Assembly (NCBI RefSeq): GCF_006345805.1
Contig: NC_042997.1
Location: 56,110,001-56,174,000 of the forward strand
Source: Octopus sinensis
Taxonomy: Eukaryota
Length of the DNA: 64,000 nt
Direction of reading: 5' to 3'
Part shown: piece after piece, positions 1 through 11,935 of the stretch
How positions within the stretch are numbered: the first letter of the stretch is position 1
Layout of the letters: each line of letters opens with the position of its first letter
Notes under the pieces: model-generated
Database searches by the model: none
Told to the model about the DNA's origin: nothing
The model's input: only the letters and a program-made list of their open reading frames with translations
Made by a program: the position numbers and the translations under genes

Positions 1-1228
1 TTTTTTTTTTTTGCAAATATAATTTAAAGCTTTAGAAAATTCATACCAATGCCTAAGTGTCTTGAAAAATATGTTATATACAAGTTTGATTAATGATTAT
101 ACACAAGTATGATAAATAAAACCAAAGAAAGCAAAACTTTTCAATATTTTCCCTAAATTTTAAATGTTAAAATATAGGATTGTTTTAAATTCTTTATACA
201 TGGTGCAACCATAATTTTTTATTTGATTTCCACTGCCTCACAAGGTCAAAAAGATTATAAACAACTGTTCTAGGCCAATGCTTTTTGTATTTCATATCTC
301 TCTCTCTCTATATATATATATATGATTTCAACAAATGGCTCTTCCTTTGGTCATTAGTTAGTTATGTCCCAAGACAATCATTTAGAAGCATTTGTGATTT
401 TATGAGATATTTCTATAATTCTGATGGTCACATCTTCCTTTCTTACTTGTTTCTATAAATGATTTACTTTCCATCTAGATTTAAGAGATTTCATCATACT
501 TCTTGAACCAACAAATAATTGTACATGTATTTTTATGTGTATATGATTACATACTTACTTATGTATGCACGCTCATTTGTCATAAGTTGATAAAATAAAT
601 ACCTATAAGAATGTTTCTTTGTCAGACTATAGTTTTCCTTATTTCATTTGGTATTCTCTCCAATTATATTTCTGAGTTAGACCAGACACTGAATTGAACA
701 TGTTATTTTACCAACCTGGTCTCCAGTTTAGCAATGTGATTACAAAAGTTACTTTTACTTGTACTAAGACATATATGGAAATTATCACAACAGCCAAGAT
801 TTACTTTCCATATGGACAAATTGTCAGAAAATCCAAAACAAAAATTACCAGCCCCACCTCTGCACACACTACCAACACATCTCCACCCCCATCTTTTTCT
901 CTCTTTCTTTCCTTCCTTTTCTAACTGGAGTATGTTTATCTTACAAATTATTTGGTTAGTTATTTGGCAGTGTTGGTGCCTTGAAAAAAGCATCCAATGC
1001 ACTCTGTAAACTGGTTGGCTTCAGGAAGGGTATCTAACTGTAGAAACTATGCCAAAGCAGACAATAGAATTTGACACATTCCTCTGGATTGCCAGCCTCC
1101 TGTCAAACCCTACGCCCATGCTGGCATATGAAAAAACAGTTAAATTATTATATTCTTTTATTCTTTTATTTGTTTCTGTCATTCGATTGTGGCCATGCTG
1201 GAGTACTGCCTTTAGAGCACACACACAC

Positions 1229-1262
<34 letters not shown>

Positions 1263-1658
1263 ATGCAATTTAAAGTTTAAAATATCAACTCAAAGATTCT
1301 ACATAACTCAACATTATTTATATGAGTTACTTATTTACTTTGTATTGTGAAAGATCTGAGTTAGTTAAGAATTCAATTCTGTAAAAGGTTAAATCAAAAT
1401 ATTGATGTTTTTTTAAAAACTTGTCCTCAGATCAATGTACAGAGAGACTACAGATAAATAAATTACTGTGTATTACAGGTATCTTGCCAACATGGAAATC
1501 AGATGTAAAATGATGATTGTCATTATTTTTATGAGATGAATTTATAACAATGTTTTTGTCCTCCACAACTAAACTGCAACAGTATAGGCTCATATATATA
1601 TAAAAAAAAGATCATCCATGATATACTGGGATTAATTTCTCTGTATTCTCTCCTAATA

Positions 1659-1727
<69 letters not shown>

Positions 1728-1730
1728 ATA

Positions 1731-1996
1731 GCGCCACCATGACTGGCTTCTGTGCCGGTGGCACGTAATACGCACCAACCGATCATGGCCACTGCCAACC
1801 TCCCCTGGCACCTGTGCCGGTGGCACGTAAAACGCACCCACTACACTCACGGAGTGGTTGGCATTAGGAAGGGCATCCAGCTGTAGAAACACTGCCAGAT
1901 CAGACTGGAGCCTGGTGCAGCCTCCTGGCTTCCCAGGCCCCAGTCAAACCATCCAACCCGTGCTAGCAAGGAAAATGGACGTTAAACGATGATGAT
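1731..1996 (+). mobile_element. Repeat family C (SINE-like, RTE-type 3' tail ending in (GAT)n)
   Basis: GTGGCACGTAAAA.GCACCCACTACACTC..GAGTGGTTGGCATTAGGAAGGGCATCCAGCTGTAGAAAC...CCAACCC.TGCTAGCA.GGAAAA.GGACGTTAAACGATGATGAT, repeated throughout the window. Confidence 0.8.
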
Positions 1997-3212
1997 ATAT
2001 ATAATGTGTGTGTGTGTGTAAAGATAGATAGGTAGATAGATTGATTGATTTTGATTTGTTGTTTTTATTTTTGTTTCTCTCTGTGTTTTCTGACAGTTTT
2101 TCCATGGTTGGAGGGTAAATCTTGATTGTTGTGGTAATTTCTATACATGTCTTACCATGAGTAAAAATAACTGCTTGTAACCACATTGCCAATATTTGGA
2201 AACTCACTCATTGAGTGGTAAGGTGTAAGTTAGCCATGTTAGTTTTGGCAGAAAGAGAATTAACTAGAAATAAGGTGGATCTTACATCTAAAATGAAAAT
2301 TCTTTGAATAGCAAAAGCAGCTTCTCTTAGATTTTGTCCAATGCCCCGAGGGAAATTAAAGGTGCACAAATCTTCGTATGAGCAGTATTCAATTAATGGC
2401 CTGGCTTGAAACTTGTAAAAGGCAAGCAGGTGCTGAAAGTCAGAATAACATGCTTCTTTGGATTGGGGAAGAAAAAAAAAACAATTTCTTATCTGTAACC
2501 TCTACAACTAAGATATATTCTTGCTAGATAATATTTATTTGAGAATGTTACACCTGTTATATTGCCTGTAGAAGAGTAAGGGATAACTGGATAAAATGCT
2601 CAAAATAGTTGTATGAGAAATGATTAGAGCTGAACAAATTAGATAGATGCTTGTTCTTACGAAATTCATTGATTTATTGTTGGTTACTGTTGTACAGCCT
2701 TAAATAGACAGTGAGTGTTATCTAAGGCCATAGCCAAAGAGAGTTCTCTGAAATTATGCTGTCATTGCCAATTACTGCTATCCAAGGCTACAGCACTAGA
2801 GTCAATGAGGGCTGTCTGAGGTTTTAATGACATAGCCAATGAAGGCTGTAGCTATGCTGTCACAGCTAATGATTGCTAACTGCAGCTGTAATACTCTACC
2901 TAGTAAGGGTTATTTGTAACAATAATTTATTCATGTTTTTAAGTAAATCATTACAGCTTAAAAATATTCTGATTTTAATACATCATTATATTGTCATTTA
3001 TCTTATGCCTGACATTATTTTAGATTAATTACTCATAACTTGACATTTAAACGGTTATATTTTCTGATATAAAATTAAGTTTTAAGTGCTGCACCTTCAC
3101 ACTAAACACAATAGGCATAATACATATATCCTGCAAAGTTTGAGTAAGTTACAGTTCTTTGGAAAGTTTATTTTAAATGGTCCCCACCAAAAATGAAATT
3201 AAAAACTGGAAA

Positions 3213-3423
3213 TACTCTCTTTTACTCTTTCAGTCATTTGACTGCGGCCATGCTGGAGCACCGCCTTTAATCGAGCAACTCGACCCTGGGACTTATTCTT
3301 TTGTAAGCCCAGTACTTATTCTATCAGTCTCTTTTGCCGAACCGCTAAGTGACAGGGACGTAAACACACCAGCATCGGTTGTCAAGCAATGCTAGGGGGA
3401 CAAACACAGACACACAAACACAT

Positions 3424-3456
<33 letters not shown>

Positions 3457-3627
3457 CATATATACGACAGGCTTCTTTCAGTTTCCGTCAACCAAATCCA
3501 CTCACAAGGCATTGTTCAGCCCGGGGCTATAGCAGAAGACACTTGCCCAAGATGCCACGCAGAGGGACTGAACCCGGAACCATGTGGTTGCTTAGCAAGC
3601 TACTTACCACACAGCCACTCCTGCGCC
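3213..3627 (-). mobile_element. tRNA-derived SINE, family A (octopus OK/OR-type; exact family unassigned), full length
   Basis: On the minus strand: head GGCGCAGGAGTGGCTGTGTGG (A box) ...GGTTCCGGGTTCAGTCCC (B box), a central CA/TA microsatellite, and a short tandem tail (AAAGAGT). Many homologous copies in the window. Confidence 0.85.
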
Positions 3628-5171
3628 TAAATAGATATTTAGCTTTAAAAACTTCAATAAAAAAACTAGCGAATATATACTTTGATATATGCTCATCAGT
3701 TTGTGTTCTTACATTTACATAGATGTAAGCCAATAATTAACTAGAATGTTTAATACCTATATTATACCCATGTAAATACATCTCAAATTATCTTACTCTG
3801 CTGACAAAATCCTATGCAAAAATAGTGTCAGAGAAAGTTTAGCAACAAACAACATTCGGATGTTATAAGCATAGATAATAGTGGGAGTTTCTTGGAGCCA
3901 TATAAATTGCAACCATAGAGTAATACCAAAAGAAAAGAAAAATGGTTTGCCAATAAAGATTAATTTACTCCATTTGATCTACAAAATGTATAGCCTCTGA
4001 TACATGTTAATGATGCTTCAATTTCTGTTCAGTATCATCTTCAAACAATTTGAATAGCATTGTAAGTATCTTAGAAATCAAAGTTAGATTTTTGTCAACT
4101 TGGCAAACATCAGAATAAGTTACTTGTTTGTTTTGTTATGTTATTATGTCATTAGTTACATTCATGATTGTGATCCCAGAATTTTATTCACATAAAGCTA
4201 CTCACAGAATGTGTAAGTAAGGAGGGAATGTGTTATGTGAATGCGTGCAGAAATGTAATGTCATGATATCAGGTGATGTAGTTACATCAGGTTACCAAAA
4301 TATTTTTATAAATGCTCTTGTGACAATCCTGTTCATTGATCTCATATATAATGATCTTTTTTTTTTCTTCACATTTTCATTTCTATTTGTTTGCTCCATT
4401 GTACTAAAACCACCATTGACCATCAAAAACAAATTTCATATTCTACGTAAATTATTACTCTGCTCAGACTACATATGGCCAATGATGAGAAAAATTTAGA
4501 TAGCTTATGAGACATATCAATTTTGATATTTTCTTTTCTCTATACACTTTATTAGTATATGTATTTGTGCCTTTAGTCTCAATCCCAATGATTATTTCCT
4601 TGAATCCATCATCCTAATATATAGCAAGATAAATTGTATCACTGTCATATATCATATATGTGATATACTGGTACAATATATCAGTTCTTAAATCTTCAAT
4701 GTGAACATCAAACATCATTTACTAAACAGTAAATCAAACCAACATGGCTTTATAATTACAGTAACAATGTATATCAATTCAGCAGTTTTTAAAATCTTGT
4801 AGTTTTTACAATAACAAACTAAAGATAATAATCTCTGATTACAGAACAAAGATTTCAATGTTTATATTAGTTCTTCCTCCTAATATGTTATTGTTCTCAC
4901 CTGTAATATATAAAACCTGTGCAGTCTGCTTAAATGTATTTGTTCTCTTTCTTCAAGCCAAGATATGTTAAATGGTTCACTGATTTAGTCAGGGACTATG
5001 GAATTACTGTGACTAACCAGATGTACTTTTTATACAAATTAGCATTAACGCCTTCAGACAATGATCTGTATATATATATATATATATATATGCTTGTTTG
5101 CATAGTGATTTCAATATTGCTCTTAATTGTTTATCTGATCAATTATCAATATAACTTACCTTTATTTACAG

Positions 5172-5354
5172 ACTCACAATCCTTGGATGATGGAAAGCCT
5201 GAAAAAGTATCCCCAACTAACAGTGTCATATCTACAATGGCTGCTGATAGCACTGAAGATGATACAATGGGAGACTACACTTGCGAAATGTGTAGTGCCA
5301 CATTTCACAGCTTAAACCAGTTTATGAACCACAGAAACTTTGAATGTCTAGGAG
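5172..5354 (+). CDS. Internal coding exon of a zinc-finger transcription factor: acidic region plus one C2HC finger. Best guess is the first-finger exon of an Oaz/ZNF423/ZNF521 ortholog
   Basis: Acceptor tttatttacAG at 5170-5171 and donor G/GTAGGT at 5355. The exon is 183 nt (61 codons), phase 1 at both ends, with no stop. It encodes (D)SQSLDDGKPEKVSPTNSVISTMAADSTEDDTMGDYTCEMCSATFHSLNQFMNHRNFECLG(G). As I recall it, human ZNF423 has [36 protein letters not shown] followed by a phase-1 intron. ZNF341/ZFP64-type N-terminal fingers are alternatives, so no symbol is given. Confidence 0.85.
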
Positions 5355-7238
5355 GTAGGTATTTCTCTACATTAATAAGATTGTATCATTAGAAATATAG
5401 TAAATGTAGACATTTGAATTGGATCCATTTTGTAAAATTATTAAATATTAAAACTATATTGCTCAAAATGAAAGCCTCGCATTGTTCGCTACAATTCTTA
5501 TTAAAACTGCATCAAAAAATTTTTTTCACTATTCCACTTCCTGCTACTGAAAGAACATGTAGACAAAACAAATATTTTAATGTCTATACATACACACACA
5601 CACACATATATATATACACACACACACACATATATATATATACACACACACACATATATGTATACACGCATTAACAAAATAACAAAATAATCTAATTATT
5701 ACTGTTGTTGGCTTAGCAATAGAAAAATTCAAAAAATTTTTTAATCAAAACTCATCTAATTATTACAAATGAGCAAATGAAAATGGTTGCATCAAATTAT
5801 AAGAGTATAGTCATGATAAACACACCTGGCTCATTCCATTAACAGCAGTTTAATATGACATGATGTGAAGGAAGTTCTAAATTTAAAAAGACAATTATTC
5901 TATGAGCAGTGTCATGATACACAACACACCAGGACCACTCCTTTACAGCTGTTAACCAAAGGAATGGTAGCCAGTTGTAAAAGCCCATCAAATACAATGA
6001 ACAGAACCAACATATGTCAAAACATAATATACTGTTGATCTGTTCAATGCACTCCAGCATTAAACATATATATATGAAACCATGATGATGATGTTGATGA
6101 AGGCAATAACAACGATGACAAATTGTCGGATATTCTTGTTAGATCAATGAAAGGGCTACATAAGAAGTTTGGGGTCTCTGGTCAGTTGCAACTCCTAAAA
6201 CTTAAGTCTTTTGGTTCATTCCTGTCACATTTCTGGAAATAACATCTGTTAATTACTCACCATGACTTCTTTAACTTCTGTCAGATTTCAGAGAGTAAAA
6301 AATATTTTGTCTGCCAGAATATTAAAATGACAATGTAGGTAAATGATGCTAAGTGTCTCAACTTACTATGGAAACTAGTTCTAGAATGAAGATTCGAAAG
6401 GAAATGTATCAGAGATAAAGTTTTTATTGTAATGACATCATAAGTGCATCACAGGATGTGATCTAACTTTACAAGAGTAAAGAATGCAATCTACAGATTC
6501 ATAAAATGAATGTTATTGCTAAATATGAAAACACCTAGCGGGAAGTCTGTTGTAGTTCTGTGCAAATTATGACTTGCTGTCTTAGGATTATTAGTAGATT
6601 GTTATCTAATTGACTTAATTCAGGAAATATATTAGGATAGTAGTTATTGTGATGAACCCATGGAACTTTAAGTTAGTGGATGATTGTGATGACCAAATGC
6701 TAGCACTGGTATTGAGGTGTGTAAAAGAGATTACATATGAAATGCTCAAGAATATCTGTAAGGCTGTTATATGAATCTATCTGAAAATATGATGAAATAC
6801 TTTATATGAAAGCTGAGAGTTAAATTGAAGATGCTGAAGTAAATGAAAATATAATTCTAATCTCTGTAAACTGATGAAACATTATCTAAGAGGATATGGA
6901 TGTGCTCAATATTATCATCTCCCACAACAATGCTTTGATATTTATCTCAAAAGAAGGTAAAGATGACTCCAGTGGAATTTGAACCCATGGTTAATGTACT
7001 ATTGAATTTTGTATAATTCAAGACATTCAGGTCACCAGCTCTTTGTAATAGTGTGAAACTGTACTCCTGTAGAACTGTTCAAACCATGCCAACATGGAAG
7101 ACAGATGTTAACTGATGGAGATGATGGTGGTGGTGGCAGTAGCAGCAGCAGTGAGGAGGGATGGAGGGAGGAAGTAACAGAACTTTTAATTTGTGCATCA
7201 AAAAAATACAATCAAAAACTACTTGTTCTATAAAATAG

Positions 7239-7626
7239 TACTCTTTTACTTGTTTCAGTCATTTGACTGCAGCCATGCTGGAGCACTGCCTTTAGTAGAG
7301 CAATTCAACCCCAGGACTTATTCTTTGTAAGCCTAGTACTTATTCTATCAGTCTCTTTTGCCGAACCGCTAAGTTACAGTGACATAAACACACCAGCATC
7401 AGCTGTCAAGGGATGTTGGGGGGGAGAAACACAGACACACAAACATATATATATACATATATACGACGGGCTTCTTTCAGTTTCCATCTACCAAATCCAC
7501 TCACAAGGCTTTGGTCGGCTCGAGGCTATAATAGAAGACACTTGCCCAAGGTGCCACGCAGTGGGACTGAACCCGGAACCATGTGGTTGGTAAGCAAGCT
7601 ACTTACCACACAGCCACTCCTGCACC
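7239..7626 (-). mobile_element. SINE family A, full length
   Basis: Colinear with 3213-3627. Confidence 0.85.
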
Positions 7627-10270
7627 TAGTAGTGAAGCATTTTTTTTTTATATATACCAATTTCTCTAGTATGTATGGAGAATTTGGTCATAGCACAAGG
7701 AAAGAAGTAGGTGTTTTGTAATACATAGATAACATAGCAGTGAATGTGATGGTAATTGTAAGAGCGTTTCAAAACAAAGTTAGGTCTACAATACAGTTAC
7801 TTGAAAGACAGTTTAGTGATACAGAAAATACTTCAGTGGTTGTACATTTACAGATAGGTACTGGTTTTGAATAGTATTGAAAATAGTAGGCAATTCCTCA
7901 GGGATGAAGCATGTGCTTGGAGTGAATGTTCATTTAGGCAACATGGTAGTGAAATAATAGCATTCTAGATCAAGCAATAAAAGATAAAAGTCAAGCTTGG
8001 AAAGTGTGGAAGAAAGATAGTTGCAGACAAGACAATTATATATGGCCTGTTGACACCATATTTGCTATTCATCTCTATGCTCCATTAACTCTTAATATCT
8101 GGCTAACTGATAGGTAACCAGTAAAATAATTAACTAACTTGTTTTCTGAAGTTTCATTATAGATAACTGCTTCATTTGTATCAGATGCATTCAGAAGTTT
8201 CACACCATTCTCATCTATAATAGTATGTTCAGAGATTCTATCTAGAACTTTTTAGCTAATGCCACTACTACTACTACTATTATTTCCTGACCAAAAGAAT
8301 ATACAACTATCCTGATTCTTTCCAATGATTAGTCTCAATATGCTTTCAATTTCTCTTCTCCGTTTATAGGCCTGATATCATCTACAGCACAAAAAGATTC
8401 TACAGGCAAAATTTCATATACTCCAATGTATACAACTAGATATCCAAATAGATATCCAAAGGCACTGTGTGCATTATATATGTGTGTGTATGTCTGTGTG
8501 TGTTTATACATACATATGCACACACATGCATAGATTATATACTCATTGTATTGATCAAAGTTGATTGTTACTTACTAACACATTGAATAGATTCAGAAGT
8601 AAAATGTGAAATCAACACAGGAACAGCAAAATGACACAGCATAAACTATGATTGAAATCATTTAAATATTAGACGGCCTAGCTGTGTATACTTACATTAT
8701 CATTTCTCTCACTGATAGACTTTCCAGTGTTCAAATTTATATCAGCCTTTCTGTGTTATACATAAAATTATATTAGAGTAGTATAGTTTGCATGAATCAT
8801 TATCTAGTATAGATAAATGATTATAAGTTTTTTAAAACCAAAACAATGCAAGTTATAAGAATTAATACAAGTTGATGCTTTATAATTTTGTTGTATATTT
8901 CAATATTTCGAGGTTACGATCCCCTCTTCAGAAAATCTCTTCAGAGAGATGGTGTGGTGAGATTATTTTTCTCTTCTGTAGTGTGTTTATATGAAGGGTT
9001 GGCAAGCCATCGAAAACACAAATGTACAAATTCAGCTGTCAACTACAGTTATGACCTAATTTATGACTGGTTTGTATGGCAGCTGCATATACTGTGTCCC
9101 TGACGAGGAACAGCATGCAGCTGTGTCTTTTCTGAGGAGCAGTTATCAAATCATGAAATGGTCCATCAGGAAACTCCCCACTCCTATTTTTTTCTGAATA
9201 TGAGGAAGCTTTCTGTACTATACAAAGAGTGTGTTTACATTCCTATCACAGCTAGACTTCATAATATTTTTTTTAAATTTAGTAGTTTCTTTTGAAATGC
9301 TACGGAAAATCTTTGTGCATATGCAGTGTTGTGAGTACAAGAACATGTACTTCTGAAAGTTATGTTTTTTTTAATAACCCTCTATAATAGGTACAATAAG
9401 AAAAAAAAAGATAGGCATGTTCCTGCTATAACCATTCAGTCAATATATTGTTTACTTTATGCAAAATATATTATTTATCTTTTAATGTCTAAAATTTTCA
9501 CTGCACCAACTACAATCTGTGATCTGCTCACTAACACAATTCCACTGCATCTAGTTTGTGGTGTGGTTGTTGGTTGGTATACCAAATGATAAATGTTTCA
9601 GTAAAGTTAACAGTCTTTGCATAGTTTTAAATGGTTAATATGTGTCTTCCGTGCTGCAATCATATTAGTTGCAACACACAATCTCAGATCAAATCACTAA
9701 CCTGGCAAGTACGTCTCTGAAATATATTGTTTAATATAATGTTAAAATTGGAACAACTGAAAAGATTAGTCCCATGAAATCACTGCCATCAGTCTTCTGT
9801 AAAGATGTAAAAGAGATAATCTGGAGTATAAACACTGTCATTATGAAATATATCAAGTATATCATTTTATGTCCATATTCCAATAATGAAATTGTGTGCA
9901 TATGTGTGTATATGCACAAACATATATCTGAATGTGTATGCAAATATACACACACATATACACATATATATCCCAGAACACACACATTTGAAAAGCTGAA
10001 CAGCAAAAGCACTTACACACAATGTGAAAACTTCTTTCAGCAAAGTTTGTGGCATTCTGTTTTTTGAAAAAAATATTTTTAATGATTAATAACTTTTAAG
10101 AAAATCTTTCTTTACATAATGTGACTGTATCAAATATTTTTAAAGGCTCTCACCTTCACTTAAAAATTCACCAAAATCTCTAACAATGAAATTAGTATTA
10201 ATATGATTACAGCAAGACATATTTCTTATCAGTTTCCTGGGTGGGTATGTATGTATGTATGTATGTATGT

Positions 10271-10456
10271 CTGTGCCGGTGGCACGTAAAAAGCACCCAC
10301 TACACTCACGGAGTGGTTGGCGTTAGGAAGGACATCCAGCTGTAGAAACACTGCCAGATCAGACTGGAGCCTGGTGCAGCCTCCTGGCTTCCCAGACCCC
10401 GGTCGAACCGTCCAACCCATGCTAGCACGGAAAATGGACGTTAAACGATGATGATG
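10271..10456 (+). mobile_element. Repeat family C
   Basis: Near-identical to 1810-1996. Confidence 0.8.
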
Positions 10457-11851
10457 TATGTATGTATGTCTGTGTATGCATGCATGTATGCATATTTATA
10501 TATGGGATTCTTTTCTCAGTCATTATTCTGTCTCTTGGACCACATTGCCTTCTGTCACCATTCTATCCTCCTGGTCAATTTACCCACTACATTCATACAC
10601 ATCTCGGAATACTGAATATCTCTATTCATTCATACTTCTATCACATCCCTCTTATCATTTATCACTCGTCACTAACCTCTATTATCCTCCCATTATTTCT
10701 CACTCACCATACTTGGCTTGTTAATGAGACTAAAGAAAGAAATGGATTTCTCCTTTGCACTGCAACCAGTGTGTGCGTGTGTGATCAGCAGCAGTAACGT
10801 TTAATGTCTGTTTCCCATGCTGGCATGGGTTGGACAGTTGACAGGATCTGGCAAGCTAGTGTCAGCCTTGGCATGGTTTCTATGGTTAGTTGCCCTTCCT
10901 AGCACCTATATACGTGTGTGAAGGCAAGGATGTGTGGTTGAGAAGCTCACTTCCCAACCACATAGTTTTGGGTTCAGTCCCACTAAACAGCACTTTAGTG
11001 TCTTCTACTACAGACCCATGTAGGTAAGTTTGGTAAGTGGAAACAAAAAGAAACCTGTTATATATACATATGTTGTTTGTGTATTTGTGTTTGTGTGTTT
11101 CTTCTTCTCTTGACATTGTAAGATAGTTGTAAACGTCTGTTATCATCATACAAGTGGTGTTGTTTGTTCACAATCTGCCGCAAAAACATGACTTGCCATG
11201 CAGAAATATTGCCTTCCTTGGAAACAAGTGAAAGTTGACTGTATGAATAGCATCATTTGCCTCAATGAAGTTTGGCTAAATTTTTGCTTACATTTTGTAT
11301 AGCAAAGTAGGTGAACAGGTTGCCAGTTTCCAAGAAATGCTGTTTTGAGATGTCAGAATGGTTCCCTGTGTTTCAGTGAAGTTTCAGATGTAATATGAGG
11401 ATGAAAATGTGACACTTGAGGAGCATATTTAAGAAAGACTCTCACAAGAGTAAATGCTATTATAATAAGAATAAAAACTAGTCAGAGAAAAGAGTAACTT
11501 GATGTTGAATTGGGAATTAGAATTAATTTAAAGTTACCTGAATTTATATTCCTGGACAGGATTTGATATTGTGCTAATATTTTGTTTTCATTTTCTGATA
11601 CTGTTAAAAAATAAACATATTTATTGTGTATATAAATTTTCCTGTTTAATTTCCACTGGACTTTAGGTCACTGTTGCTTTGATGCTGAAAGTTAAAACAA
11701 GTTTTACCAAGCACATAATTTCTTAACCTTTCGCAACACATTTTTACCTAACATATTTAAAATCATAGGCCTAACTTAATCAGTTTGGTTTGAAAGCTTT
11801 TATTCCATTTCTTTCTTAATTTTCTATCCAATGTCTTTAGAGAAATTTTAT

Positions 11852-11935
<84 letters not shown>

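Noticed and set aside
1479-1504. Possible small upstream ATG exon (tattacAG/GTATCTTGCCAACATGGAAATCAGAT/gtaaaa) that would end in phase 1
   Set aside because: The phase fits the 5172 exon, but the donor is weak, it encodes only four codons, and there is no MSRRKQ-type N-terminal motif. Not distinguishable from chance without transcripts.
3560-3627. tRNA-like heads of SINEs scored as tRNA genes (also 29050-29120, 43710-43782, 50875-50960)
   Set aside because: They have A/B boxes but no complete cloverleaf, and they continue into repeated SINE bodies with TSDs.
4934-5392. 152-aa ORF from the track treated as a whole protein
   Set aside because: The first half runs through a (TA)n tract and intron-like sequence. 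Only 5172-5354 has splice signals and a recognisable domain.
9100-9180. CTGACGA followed by GAAA, a possible hammerhead
   Set aside because: No stem II closes onto either downstream GAAA, and stems I and III cannot be formed.
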